A DNA stretch of 61,256 bases, the filler included, from Aduncisulcus paluster (lineage: Eukaryota): NCBI GenBank assembly GCA_024181965.1. It is 6 parts of 6 records of this genome, joined end to end, with 100 filler letters (N's around TTAATTAATTAA, not from the genome) between each part and the next. Parts side by side here need not be neighbours in the genome. Positions count along the whole stretch, not along the records: positions 46,702 to 61,256 come from BQXS01010941.1; 5 more parts are not named here. The stretch is one strand, 5' to 3'. Shown piece by piece: positions 49,701 through 61,256 of the stretch (positions are counted from its first letter, which is position 1; the number at the start of each line of letters is the position of its first letter). The notes beneath the pieces are model-generated. The model was given only the letters and a program-made list of their open reading frames with translations, ran no database searches and was not told the origin of the DNA. The translations under genes and the position numbers were made by a program.

Positions 49701-51577
49701 TTGTCTCTGATAACCAAGAATGCTCCAGTGATTGCCAAGAAATGATGAATGGGGGTGTTTCTCCGGTAGTTGTCAAAGATGTTGATGTGGTGAATACAAC
49801 AAATGGAGATGGCATTTCAAGCTTTATTGAGAACAAAATTTGTGTTGAATCATATCCAACAAGTGGAATATGGAATATTGTATGTTCTAGTAACTCAATT
49901 ACGAATTATTCCTCGGCTTCTACGTTCGAATGTGTGGATAGTATTGATTCTGTTGAACCATGTCCTGGTGGATGTTCATATGGTGAAGAATGTCGTCTAA
50001 ATGATGATAATTCTGGAGGTCAATGTGAAAATGTGATCATTGATGACACTCTTCGCCGGCACGTGGCTCAATATCTCCTTGGATATTCTGATTGGGATGC
50101 AAAAGTTAGTATATCGGCGCTAAAATCTGTTCCTTCTTCCTCTAGTTTGCATTTCAACTCAGATGACCTTTCATCAACTTATGAACTATCAAATATTCAA
50201 GGTATTGAGCATCTTGTTCAGGTTTATGAGATTGTTATGACAGGACATTCACTGCTGTCTGATGTCTCGCCAGTGTCTTCTTTGACTAACCTTGAACATC
50301 TCGATTTGTCAGATAATAATCTTGTTTCAAGTGAATTTATCTCGTGTCTTGTTGATTCCCTCACTTATCTTGATATAAGCAACAATCTAAACATTACTGA
50401 TTTTGCCAGTTCATCTTATATCGGAAATGATAGTTATTTGACAACTGGTGGTTATCCTATTTTGGAATGGCTCAATGTTAGCAACACTTCTATTACTGAT
50501 TTGTCTGCCTTATTCGAGCTAACAATATCTGATTCTGATGATTCTGAAATTCTTGAGGATCAAAACATGCTGACATATCTCAATATTTCAAATCTTACTC
50601 TTGCTTCTTCCAGTAGAAATCAGTTGGGTTTGCTTCCTAATTTAACTGAATTACATGCTTCTTCTTGTAATCTTAGTGATATTTACTCTCTTTATCAATC
50701 TAGGAATCTTATCTCTGTTGATCTATCGAATAATCAATTTAACGATCCATCTCCACTGTTTGCTTCGGTTGATTCGCTGAAAACAATTGATATTAGTTCC
50801 AATAAGATTTGTGGGATTGATGAAGATTCTCTAATTCAAATGTTACCTAATTTGACCGAGATAACTATCTCCCCTCAAAATGATACATATTGTCTTGAAT
50901 GCAGCCCATCTGCTTCCATAGTTGAAAACACTTTGTGCAGTGAAACTTGGGAAGGAAATGAATATACTTTGTCGTGTACATTTTTGAGTATTAAACATTT
51001 GATATCTAGTGACTCGGAGGAGTATTCGTGTGATAATATTGATGATTCAGCTTCATATTATCAGACATGGTTAGAAACCGATCAACATTCACACAGATGC
51101 ATTCTCGATTACAATGGGAACTATTACAAGGAGTGTATTCCTGGAAATTATGGTGATGATTGTATGTCTGTATGTCCACTATCCCCTCTAAACAATACTC
51201 TCTGTTCCGGTCTTGGTGTGTGCAATCCTCTCACTCACTCGTGTCTGTGTGCATGGGGATTCAGCGGAGATGCATGCCAGTGGAACATGTGTGCCATTGG
51301 ATATGGTGAGTATGGACATGACTCTGAATGTTTCGACCATGGATCGTGTGTTGCTGGTGATTCCTCCAAGAATGAGCCTCCATTCTACTGTTCGTGTAAG
51401 GTAGGTTGGGGTGGAATGTTCTGTGAACGTGATATTTGTTTGTGTAGTCCTGAGTCTTCGTATGGATGTGCCACGATCAGTGATGGGTCCAGAGCTTGTA
51501 AATGTAAGGAAGGGTGGTACGGAAGAGCATGTGAGAGGAGATATTCGGGTTCACAGAGGCCATATAGTTTCTTTTAA
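46702..51577 (+). CDS. Modular LRR / Cys-rich / EGF-like extracellular protein; 5'-partial
   Basis: Many LxxLDLSxNxIxDxSPL repeats, four Cys-rich cap modules and C-terminal EGF repeats (CSGLGVC..C.C.WGFSGDAC). Confidence 0.88.
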
Positions 51578-51601
51578 CTGAGAATTTCTTTTAATTAATT
51601 C
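51203..51601 (+). repeat. 399-bp cassette present as an inverted copy at 58708-59106
   Basis: Near-identical, with about 8 substitutions counted by eye; covers the last 124 codons, the stop and 24 nt of 3' UTR. Confidence 0.93.
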
Positions 51602-52209
51602 AGTAAATTGTAACATTTAAAAATTGTAATTCCAAATGGAGAACAGTATACGAGTCTCGCCAATTAAGCATTTATTTCCTAAATTTGGCGATGGATGCCC
51701 GCGGGCACCCCGAAAATTGAAATTATCGAGTGTTAGTATGATGGTATTACAATGTTGTTTATTTATTAAATTCTGTAGAACAGCTAACACGAGATATTTC
51801 GAAAAAAAAAGGTTGCATAGTTTCTGAATCTTTGTTCCACGAAAATGATTCTTCGAGCTCATCTCAGGATTTGAGAAGAGGAATTTGTACACATTGACGA
51901 AATCAAAGAATAAAGCAATTTTAGAGCACTTCAGTTGCTTTTTCTTTTCTNNNNNNNNNNNNNNNNNNNNAATTTGGCGATGGATGCCCGCGGGCACCCC
52001 GAAAATTGAAATTATCGAGTGTTAGTATGATGGTATTACAATGTTGTTTATTTATTAAATTCTGTAGAACAGCTAACACGAGATATTTCGAAAAAAAAAG
52101 GTTGCATAGTTTCTGAATCTTTGTTCCACGAAAATGATTCTTCGAGCTCATCTCAGGATTTGAGAAGAGGAATTTGTACACATTGACGAAATCAAAGAAT
52201 AAAGCAATT

Positions 52210-54975
52210 TTAGAGCACTTCAGTTGCTTTTTCTTTTCTTTTCAGAATACTAATATCTTTCTTGAGATCTGATATTTCACCAAGCATGGAGGACACACAT
52301 TCACCAATAAAAGATGAAGTGTCTCGATGCTGATTCTGACTACTATTAAAACTATCATTTAATTGTAGTCTGTGAACTTCACGAATAGGAGACGAGAAGT
52401 GTATTGAAGAATCAAGTGTCAAAGAAGATGAGAATGTACTGATCATTGTATCAATTACATCCTCCCTCTTCTCTCTCCTCTTCGCTTCTTTTCTTTCTTT
52501 TCTCTCTTCTTTTCTTTCTTTTCTCTCTTCTCTTTGGTCTATGGGAGTTGAGAGCAAGAATTGTTCAACACTGGAAGAAAGAGTTGAATAAGAGTTCGCA
52601 TGATGATGAGATTTAAGTGTTCCGCTCTTCTTCTCTTTTCCTAATCGACCAACCACTTTTCTCTTCTTTCTCATTGTTCTATTTTTGGATCTACCCTCAG
52701 GAGTCTTAGAAATAGATGTTGATTCAAAATAATCATCAAGCATTGGATATACTTTCGTGGTCTTCTCTCTTCCTTTTCTTTTTCTTTCCTTCATAAATAA
52801 CTTTTCTCTTTCTCTCCTCTCTCTCCTTCTCTTCCTTTCCATCTCTTCTTTCTCACACATAATTTTATCATGAGCCCCAACAGAACATCTCGGAAGAGAA
52901 ATCATGCCTTTTTGGGGAGTCACGTTTTTACATTTCATACACATATCTCGAATATCTTCATGTTTGTATAGTTCGTCTCGCTCTGTGGATACCACAAGAC
53001 TGGAAGAACCATAAATAAACTGTTTTGAAGGTTGATTGGGTGTTCCATGCTGCGATCTACGAGAGGATCGAGGAGTTCTGGATAATAGCGTTAAAGGAGA
53101 AGGATAATGATACGCGTCATCACCAAGAAAATCGTCATATTTATCAGCATAATTGCTTCCACTCAGATGGGGGTCAGGAGAAGAGGTAGAATCAGAAATA
53201 GACATTTCACGGGCGTGTTTATCAATGAATCCGTCAATAAAACTTGTGTATCGATGTATTCTTGCCGAATCATCAGATAAATCCTTTGTTTGCAAAGCAT
53301 TTGATCGAATTGCGGTTGTCGTGGAAGACTCTGCAGGAAGGAAAGGTGGTTGTCTAATAATACCTTCTTTGCCCAGAGTTTCTTCTTCTGATCTCTTACT
53401 TTTAATGACAATACTTTTAGTAGAATCAATTGAATTGAAATAATCGGACCAGCCTTCAAAGGTCTCAGACTTCTTGTCAATCTCCTTGGGAATAGTTGAT
53501 GGCTGCTCTATTTCCTCAGAGATTTTGGATGTTTTGGATGCAGAAATAATATCATTTTGTTCTTCATTATCAATGATTTGAGAAGAAATGCGATCAGGGG
53601 GTTCAAGGATCGAAGTTTGTTGTGAAGTTACCTTTTCTTCTTTTTCTTTTTCAGTTGTTTCTTTTGTTATATTAATAGAAGACTGAGAAACAACTGGAGT
53701 CATTGAAAGAGTTCGTATGACTGAATGGTCATGACTTTGATTTGTTGCTAATATTGTCAATGATGGAGTAGAACTCTCTCTCTCTCGTTGGATGGTCTCT
53801 AATGAAATTATTGTTTGATGATCTGGACTAAGATTAGTGTTAGGTTCTTCTTCCTTTTGCTCTTCTCCTTTTTCATGTACATGTATTATTGCAGCACCTT
53901 CTTGAACCTCTTCACCAACATCATCTTCTTCAAGAAAAATATGGTCAATATTACCAACGTTATCAATACTCAGACATCTAATATCGTCAAATAATACATC
54001 TTTCTTCCCTTCTCTCTCTCTTTCTCTCTTTCTTTCTCTCTTTCTTTTCATGATTGGAGCAGAGACAGATCGCTTGGTTCCATCTCGAGTCGTTGGGGTC
54101 TTTTCTTTCTCATCTTCGGTTTTCTTATCTCTTAATAAAGATCGTTTGGATAATCTATTTTTAGAATTCTGAGATACAATACTGATTCCAGTTGTACCAG
54201 AAAGTTGTTGTTCAACACTGGAAATAGGATAAGAAGAAGAGGAGGAGGGAGATTTAAGAACGCTCATTGGAATTGCAAATGACTGATATTTTGCTTTTGA
54301 ATCAAGAGAACCATTTTCTTGTATCTGTCGACTGTCAATCTGTTTCTTTCTGAGATTATTATGGCTGCGGCAATGTTCATTGTAACTTAGTGCACTCTTG
54401 GAACGCCTCAAAACAATTGATTTTGACTTTTTTGGAACTGATTTTCTCTGAATTGATTTTCTAAGGCTTGAATGTGATGTTTTTGTTTTGGAAGATGATA
54501 AAACAGAAGAAATGGCAGGAAATAAAGTTTTAGGATATAAAGAAGAAGCGATTGATGTATATTTCGATTGTTTTTTGCGGATTTTTGTTGAAGAATGACT
54601 ATTAGGCGATTTTTCGAGCTGCTTCTGAATTTCTGGGTATAATATTGGTTTGAAATGAGATTTTGACACTGTTACTGGCATTACATGTGCTGTTATAGGT
54701 ATTTTAAAACTTTCAGTCGAAGATTTTATCATAAATTCATCCTGGTATGATCCATGAAACAACGTGCGTAATAAGACGTTAAGACGATAATAATTACCAT
54801 GATTATCTAATTTAATATTCAATAATGATGAAGGCACACATTCAATGGAAAATTTATCGGAAAACATGGATCCAGACTGCATTTTAATGTAAATGTGTTC
54901 TACATATTGTTTTTGATAATTTAAAGTTCCAAAATCAATAGATAGTGGATATATTAGCAATCCACCACGATTCAT
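52210..54975 (-). CDS. Hypothetical protein with an N-terminal ASH/Ig-like domain and a long disordered charged region
   Basis: P.SIDFGTL...I.I.....L.V.L.....GSYQDEF.I......KIPITAHV resembles ASPM-SPD2-Hydin domains. Confidence 0.65.
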   Translation of the reverse strand: MNRGGLLIYPLSIDFGTLNYQKQYVEHIYIKMQSGSMFSDKFSIECVPSSLLNIKLDNHGNYYRLNVLLRTLFHGSYQDEFMIKSSTESFKIPITAHVMPVTVSKSHFKPILYPEIQKQLEKSPNSHSSTKIRKKQSKYTSIASSLYPKTLFPAISSVLSSSKTKTSHSSLRKSIQRKSVPKKSKSIVLRRSKSALSYNEHCRSHNNLRKKQIDSRQIQENGSLDSKAKYQSFAIPMSVLKSPSSSSSYPISSVEQQLSGTTGISIVSQNSKNRLSKRSLLRDKKTEDEKEKTPTTRDGTKRSVSAPIMKRKRERKREREREGKKDVLFDDIRCLSIDNVGNIDHIFLEEDDVGEEVQEGAAIIHVHEKGEEQKEEEPNTNLSPDHQTIISLETIQRERESSTPSLTILATNQSHDHSVIRTLSMTPVVSQSSINITKETTEKEKEEKVTSQQTSILEPPDRISSQIIDNEEQNDIISASKTSKISEEIEQPSTIPKEIDKKSETFEGWSDYFNSIDSTKSIVIKSKRSEEETLGKEGIIRQPPFLPAESSTTTAIRSNALQTKDLSDDSARIHRYTSFIDGFIDKHAREMSISDSTSSPDPHLSGSNYADKYDDFLGDDAYHYPSPLTLLSRTPRSSRRSQHGTPNQPSKQFIYGSSSLVVSTERDELYKHEDIRDMCMKCKNVTPQKGMISLPRCSVGAHDKIMCEKEEMERKRRRERREREKLFMKERKRKGREKTTKVYPMLDDYFESTSISKTPEGRSKNRTMRKKRKVVGRLGKEKKSGTLKSHHHANSYSTLSSSVEQFLLSTPIDQREERKERKEERKERKEAKRREKREDVIDTMISTFSSSLTLDSSIHFSSPIREVHRLQLNDSFNSSQNQHRDTSSFIGECVSSMLGEISDLKKDISILKRKEKATEVL

Positions 54976-55662
54976 AAATTCATATATTGATATAACAAGG
55001 AGAAAATTCGATTTTTAAAGAAAAATACTTAATAATAATAATAATATATGCTTAAATAATATAGATTGTATATATACGCGATTTTATTTAAAGTGCAGTT
55101 TATTTTATTTTGAAAATATGCTCGGATCATGCTTAATTTCAAAAATATCATATCCAAAGGGATACTTCATATCATCCACAATAGTTTCTTTGATTTCTCA
55201 TAATTATGTGCATAATAGCCATTTATTGGGTAAGATATTTGCATTAAATCAAACAGAATCGGAAATTTTAAAAGTTTTGTTTTGTACAGATAACCAAGTT
55301 TTATTTTTCACTTTTTTTCGTTAAATTTTTTATTATTTTTCAAATTGGTATCGAATTTACCTTATATTTTAGCAGCGGATAATCTTAATTCGATATTTTT
55401 TTCAAAATTGAAATTTTAGGACATTCTATTAATATTTATTCTATTTATTGTTGGAATATCAAAATTGTAACAATTATTTAGGGGTTTTTCTAAAATACAA
55501 TTCTTGAAATCGTTTTTTATTTTTCAATTTCCAACCTATTAGTTCAATCGTTACCGTGTTAGTTATCTATAAAAGCTTTGATAATCCTTTTAAATTACAT
55601 TTCGTTTTTATATTTTTCTGCTTATCAGTACCCCTTCTAGCCACTAGGTCTTATTATTATAA

Positions 55663-56607
55663 ATGCCAACTCAAGGGGTTATAAAATCTATTTTAGTTTC
55701 TAATGGCGAATCATGCCCCATTTTAAATAGTTCTTCGTTGGTTATTCCAATTAATTTGGATAAATCTGATGCTATTTTTGGATCTCTACCTTCTGTCAAT
55801 CGAAAGGATCAACTTCTCCAAATGCTCGCAACTACGAGCTCGATCCCTCAAAAAGATGATATTAAACATGCATTAATCAAAGAATCAAGTGGAATTGTTG
55901 ACTTTGAACAACTATTTATTCATTTTTTGGAACCGTCACTCGTCGAATCAGTCTTAATATCTGTATATGGGAGTGACTGTGCCCCAAAGATAATTTCTAT
56001 TCGATTTTATGGTTATAAAATAGATAAACGAGAAGAAAAAGAAGAGAGAGACGGTCGAAAAATAAGAGAAATACCTTCTCACTCGGCTATTTTTGGATTC
56101 ACTGACGATCCAGCTACAAAAATTACTCCATTTGATCAAAGTCTCAAATTTGATCGCATTTGTGACTCTAAGTATTCCAAATCTATTGGATATGTTGATT
56201 ATTTTATTCCTAATGCTCCCAAATATGAATACCAGTGGTATTTACTCCCTTCGTGTGGGATTGATGATTTTATGATTACTCGTATTGATATTATCAAAAG
56301 AAGGACATATGGTGGGAAGTATTGTTATCTTGAGCATTCGATTAGAGTTTTGAGAAAGAAACAGGGAGATGAAGAGATGTCTTCTGCTTTATGTATGAGT
56401 GAAACAACTGACAATATTCCATCTATTAAGCAGAAAATGGCGAGGAAAGAAATTCAAGAAGATGATATTGAGCCACATGAAATATTATCATTATCTCAGT
56501 ACTCTTCTTCAGAAGAGTCCTCAACTAAGTCGTCATATTCTGAGGACCACAGTGTTGATATCCTTGACATCGATCAACCAAATATAACAACACACTCACT
56601 CTCCTCT

Positions 56608-56639
<32 letters not shown>

Positions 56640-57537
56640 TTCCTCTTCCTATTCCTCTTCTTCCTCTTCTTCAATCATGGATTATCGAACAAATTTAGAA
56701 GAATCTATTCGGAGAGAGTATCAAAAAAAACTTGAAATGATGGATCAGAGGGTTAAATGTCTTGAGAAACAAATATTAAGTTTAAATTCAGATAGCCAGA
56801 GTGGTAAATTTGATGATTCGCTTTCTTCCCCATCCATAAATCCATTGCTTTCTCACACTCATAAATCCAGATCTCTGATTTCCTTTGGTTATGTAAAAAG
56901 TGGAAAACATCAATGTACATTGAAGCATAAAGATTATTATGTCCATAAGAAGAAGAAAGGAGAAGAAGAAGAAGAAGAAGAAGAAGAAGAAGATTGTTGT
57001 GAGGGAAAACCTGAAGAAGGAGCGACAGAAGATATCCAATCTACGAAATCGAGAAAGTGTATTCGATCACTATCTCCTGTATCAACCCCATCTATTGTTT
57101 CTCAACAGAGTAGTTCTAAAAATAGAAATACTAATTCACCATTATGGGATATTCAATATCACTCTCTTCCAAAAGTTCTTATATCTGTTCCTTCCCTTGT
57201 GAGCTTGGATGATGAATTCATGGAAAGAAGAAGAGAAGAGAAGGAGGGGAAATGTCAATCTCTAATCAGGTCTTGTTTGTGTGATGATGGATGTTCATTG
57301 AAAAGGAGTTCTTCATCTCCAAGGAAAAAGGAAGATAAGGAAGGAAAAAGAGAGGAGGAATTCCGAGGTAAGCAAAAAAGACCGTATCTTCGACCTAGAA
57401 ATAGAGATCGTTCACGCTCTCTTCCTTCTTCTTCCTTTTCTCGCGATGATACACGCTTTCAAAAGAAAATGGCCGATTTATGCTTCGAATACACTGGAAT
57501 TCACGCAGATAGAATTGATATTGTTCCCAAAGAATAG
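55663..57537 (+). CDS. Hypothetical protein, possibly with a divergent copy of the ~170-aa repeat domain; poly-Ser/Glu tail
   Basis: 624-codon ORF; FEQLFIHF..P..VESVLISV.....PK.I.IRF...YQWYLLP echoes the repeat consensus. Confidence 0.65.
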
Positions 57538-57607
57538 TCTACATCCATTATTAGTGATAATTTTGTTTGTTTTCTCAGTATAGGGTTAATTGCAAATAAT
57601 TTCTCAT

Positions 57608-57901
57608 TGATTAATCATTAATAATCAACGTTAAAACTTTTAACTTAAAAGTTTTAGGCTAAAACAAACCTTAATTGAATTAAGGTTACATTTTACTAAT
57701 TTAATTTAAACTTTAAATTTTAAAGCAAATAAATTCTGAATTTGCAAATTCAATGAATGAATTTAATTCATTGAATTGACTCAATTGTCATTAAAGAGCA
57801 ACCATGAGGAGCTCCTCATCCCGTCTTGTACCATATAAATGCCACGTCACATCACAACCTGTTATATTTATTTATTTGCAATGATGCATGACGTCGTCAT
57901 G
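57608..57901. repeat. Cluster of short perfect inverted repeats
   Basis: Examples: TAAAACTTTTAA-C-TTAAAAGTTTTA, AACCTTAATT-G-AATTAAGGTT, TGAATTTGCAAATTCA, ATGAGGAGCTCCTCAT, CATGACG-T-CGTCATG. Confidence 0.8.
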
Positions 57902-58731
57902 TGACGATATACAAATGCAGACTCGTTAATAAGTTCTCCAATTTTCACCATTACAATTAAATTAAACGATAATTCACAAAAAATACCTTTAAACCAGCCT
58001 GGCCAAATAAGAAAGGCTTTTCAAAAAACAGAATATACAGATCATATAATGATCATAAGAACAAGGAATCAACTTAAACAAATTCATAAACAATTGAACC
58101 ACTTCGATATCTTTTCAGTGTAGATATTGCGAGACAGTGGCAAATTTTTCGTAAACGGAGAAAATCAATAAAAACAGACAGAAAATAAAGTAACAGCAAA
58201 TCGTAAAGAATTTATCAAAAAAATAAACACGCTGCCCAAATCATGGGCAAATCAATCAACCAATAATATTTTGAGAGCAGAATAGTCGTCAGATCGATCA
58301 AACTTTCGGGAGAAGTAACAATCATAGATGTAAAATACAATAAACAAGATAGAACATTAATTCTATTCAAAAAAAAGGAACGATAGAGAAAAATAAATAA
58401 AATAAGAATTAATTAAAAGAAATTCTCAGTTAAAAGAAACTATATGGCCTCTGTGAACCCGAATATCTCCTCTCACATGCTCTTCCGTACCACCCTTCCT
58501 TACATTTACAAGCTCTNNNNNNNNNNNNNNNNNNNNCCCAAATCATGGGCAAATCAATCAACCAATAATATTTTGAGAGCAGAATAGTCGTCAGATCGAT
58601 CAAACTTTCGGGAGAAGTAACAATCATAGATGTAAAATACAATAAACAAGATAGAACATTAATTCTATTCAAAAAAAAGGAACGATAGAGAAAAATAAAT
58701 AAAATAAGAATTAATTAAAAGAAATTCTCAG

Positions 58732-61256
58732 TTAAAAGAAACTATATGGCCTCTGTGAACCCGAATATCTCCTCTCACATGCTCTTCCGTACCACCCTTC
58801 CTTACATTTACAAGCTCTGGACCCATCATTGATCGTGGCACATCCATACGAAGACTCAGGGTCACACAAACAAATGTCACGTTCACAGAACATTCCACCC
58901 CAACCTACCTTACATGAACAGTAGAATGGAGGCTCATTCTTGGAGGAATCACCAGCAACACACGAACCATGGTCGAAACATTCAGAGTCATGTCCATACT
59001 CACCGTATCCAATGGCACACATGTTCCACTGGCATGCATCTCCGCTGAATCCCCATGCACACAGACACGAGTGAGTGAGAGGATTGCACACACCAAGACC
59101 GGAACAAAGAACGTCACTTGAAGGGTGTGTTGGGCATTCATGGGTACAAGCATCTCCATACCAAATGTATTGTGGATTGGCGCCATCTTTATCACTTGTA
59201 TCCACCACACATTCACATTCACCTGTTGTTGTGTGACACTCACCATGTCCACCACACAAAACCCCATCCGAAGAAATTGGGCAAATATTCGCATCACAAT
59301 ACGAATCGTTCCAACCATGTTCGCATGAACAAGAAGCAATCATCGTTTCCTCATTTAACTCACAAACACCATGGCTCGAAGCAGAGGTGCCACATTCAGA
59401 GCATGCTGTATCATTTCCAAGTATATCACGATAGTCAGGGTGTGTTGCAGGATCAATGCATGTCCCAGAAGACGAACTCAGAGCAAGACCATGTGGAGCA
59501 CATTCACATGTGGATGATGATTCATTCGCATATGCAGAATAGCTTGCGGTTGTGGGATCAGAACTATCGGAATAAGAATAATCCCTACCACAAGGATAGT
59601 CTTCAGCCTCTCCATCAGAAGATACAAACACGTCGGTGGGGATTGTTGAGAAACATGATGATCCATACCATCCTGAGGAACATTCACATACAATAGCTTC
59701 AGAAGAGACAGAAGAAGGATCAGAAGAGGATGGATCAAGGAAGGATCCAACAGAACATGTTCCATTTCCTCCACATGAATCGTCATCGGAACAACTCAAT
59801 TGGCAAGCTGAGCCATAATACCCAGACTCACACACACATATATGGGTGGCAGCATCACATGTTCCACGAGATGATCCACTGCACAAACCAAGATCGTCAG
59901 AAACAGGACAAATGGACGAGCAATCAGTCCCATACCATCCATCAGAACACTCACAGAATGGCAATGATTCATCACTAGAGTCAGAGTCAGCATCATACAC
60001 ACATGTACCACGCTCACCACCACAATTGGAGCATGCAGAAGAAGAAGAAGAAGAAACTGAAACACATTCTCCAGATGAAGTGTCTTCATAGTATCCTGAC
60101 CCACAGACACATACATATTCACTTCCATCATCATCTGCAGAATCATTGACCTGACACACAAGATGATCTTGTGAATAAGAACAGAATATAGAGGAAATAG
60201 AAATGGGTTTAGATCCACATGGAGAAGTTGTATCCTGGGAAACATCTCCAGACGAGCCATCCACATCTCCGAACACAACTTCAACGCCATCATTTCCATC
60301 ACCTGATCCAGATATATCCCGCTCACAGATATCAGCGAGTGAATTCAAACACTCAGACACAGTCGACCCACAATCAAGTCTATTGTCACTCACATCAACA
60401 TATGCGATTGTGGAATTGGAATCATCAACGACTTGTTGCAACAGAGCAAGGTCAGAGATGGAGTTGTCACTCAGAGTCAGATGTGTCACACCAGAGAGAC
60501 CAGGCTGGAGTGAAACGACGGTAGGGTCAGAGATAGCATTGGAGGACAGATCAAGATGTATCAGAGTGGATGACAATGGATACACTTTCGTTCCATCATC
60601 ATAACTGCTGACACACTGACCACTGCACATGGCAATGTTGTTCAGCAAAGAAGTGAATGATGACAGATCGGAACCAATGGAATCATCACTCCCACTGATT
60701 TCCAAGGAACGCAACGAGCACAGACCAACACAGTACGATTCAGACGTTCCATTCCAGCGTGAAGTATCAGACTCAAGATCCATCTTCAGAGCACCGACAG
60801 CATCCGTCAATGTGCTCAGAAGTGATACATCCATGTTTTCAAGCGAATCAAGCTCAAGCACATACAACGAGGATAAGGATGCAATGGGTGATAGATCAGA
60901 GATGAGAGTGTTCCCAGGCTCAAACGAAAGGATCTCAAGGTGCTCGGCATATTCAAGCCCTGAGAGGGAAGATACAGTGTTTGGGATGGTGAGAGATGTG
61001 ATGGTGGAGAGATCATCCACAGTCAGCGAGGAGAGTACGCTCTCATCGGAACAAGTTGAAGATGAAGAAGATAAATTATAAAATATCTCACACACTAGCT
61101 TAATAAGATTGGTGTCCATTCCAAGAGAAGACAGTGTAATTCCAATTTCAAATTCACAATAGTCTCCAGATAGGGAAGATTCGCAAAGACAAGTGTGGGA
61201 TTCGGTATCACAAGAATAGTTACTGCACATATCACCATACTCATCAAATGGACAAG
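58732..61256 (-). CDS. LRR plus multi-EGF Cys-rich extracellular protein, paralog of 46702-51577; 5'-partial
   Basis: LRRs (LIHLDLSSNAISDP), about ten EGF-like repeats and the same C-terminus ...ACERRYSGSQRPYSFF. Confidence 0.88.
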   Translation of the reverse strand, partial: CPFDEYGDMCSNYSCDTESHTCLCESSLSGDYCEFEIGITLSSLGMDTNLIKLVCEIFYNLSSSSSTCSDESVLSSLTVDDLSTITSLTIPNTVSSLSGLEYAEHLEILSFEPGNTLISDLSPIASLSSLYVLELDSLENMDVSLLSTLTDAVGALKMDLESDTSRWNGTSESYCVGLCSLRSLEISGSDDSIGSDLSSFTSLLNNIAMCSGQCVSSYDDGTKVYPLSSTLIHLDLSSNAISDPTVVSLQPGLSGVTHLTLSDNSISDLALLQQVVDDSNSTIAYVDVSDNRLDCGSTVSECLNSLADICERDISGSGDGNDGVEVVFGDVDGSSGDVSQDTTSPCGSKPISISSIFCSYSQDHLVCQVNDSADDDGSEYVCVCGSGYYEDTSSGECVSVSSSSSSACSNCGGERGTCVYDADSDSSDESLPFCECSDGWYGTDCSSICPVSDDLGLCSGSSRGTCDAATHICVCESGYYGSACQLSCSDDDSCGGNGTCSVGSFLDPSSSDPSSVSSEAIVCECSSGWYGSSCFSTIPTDVFVSSDGEAEDYPCGRDYSYSDSSDPTTASYSAYANESSSTCECAPHGLALSSSSGTCIDPATHPDYRDILGNDTACSECGTSASSHGVCELNEETMIASCSCEHGWNDSYCDANICPISSDGVLCGGHGECHTTTGECECVVDTSDKDGANPQYIWYGDACTHECPTHPSSDVLCSGLGVCNPLTHSCLCAWGFSGDACQWNMCAIGYGEYGHDSECFDHGSCVAGDSSKNEPPFYCSCKVGWGGMFCERDICLCDPESSYGCATINDGSRACKCKEGWYGRACERRYSGSQRPYSFF

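Noticed and set aside
51681-52238. Direct repeat downstream of the LRR gene
   Set aside because: Overlap duplicate at gap 51951-51970.
58236-58818. Third copy of the YSGSQRPYSFF tail (ORF 58430-58672)
   Set aside because: Overlap duplicate at gap 58517-58536; not counted as a gene.
1-61256. Hexamitid-type TAA/TAG=Gln genetic code
   Set aside because: Conserved genes end at expected positions with TAA (XdhC), TAG (Rab) and TGA (Rac), and long ORFs lack internal TAR codons.

Overview
This is AT-rich eukaryotic genomic DNA, not a prokaryotic locus. It has spliceosomal GT-AG introns, Rac and Rab GTPases, an axonemal LRRC23-like gene and Ty3/gypsy chromovirus debris. The gene style (intron-poor, tiny intergenic gaps, GTATGT donors, a kinase plus ~170-aa repeat family, LRR/EGF Cys-rich proteins) resembles a free-living fornicate/metamonad such as Aduncisulcus, but that assignment is inference only. 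The window is six unrelated scaffolds joined by artificial 100-nt N-TTAATTAATTAA-N linkers: 1-13937, 14038-23448, 23549-35000, 35101-40833, 40934-46601 and 46702-61256. Eight 20-N gaps are flanked by duplicated overlaps, which are assembly artefacts. Scaffold 1 has a repeat-domain kinase and its paralogs, an SDR, a bacterial-type XdhC and an IQ-motif protein. Scaffold 2 has a patchwork region containing a TYW1 pseudogene fragment, an LRRC23-like gene and Rac. Scaffold 3 is a nested transposon graveyard (gypsy/chromovirus, hAT, CMC/Plavaka-like) with three tRNA-like relics. Scaffold 4 has a Rab5-like gene with an 85-bp hAT MITE upstream, and a Nop14-like 3' end. Scaffold 5 has a protein with a DUF5662/HD-like domain. 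Scaffold 6 has two convergent LRR-EGF genes sharing a ~98% identical 399-bp 3' cassette, plus a dense palindrome cluster. The best candidates for new biology are the variable-N/constant-C LRR-EGF family, the expanded repeat-domain kinase family, eukaryotic XdhC and the eukaryotic DUF5662 fusion. All family calls come from motif recognition; no searches were run.
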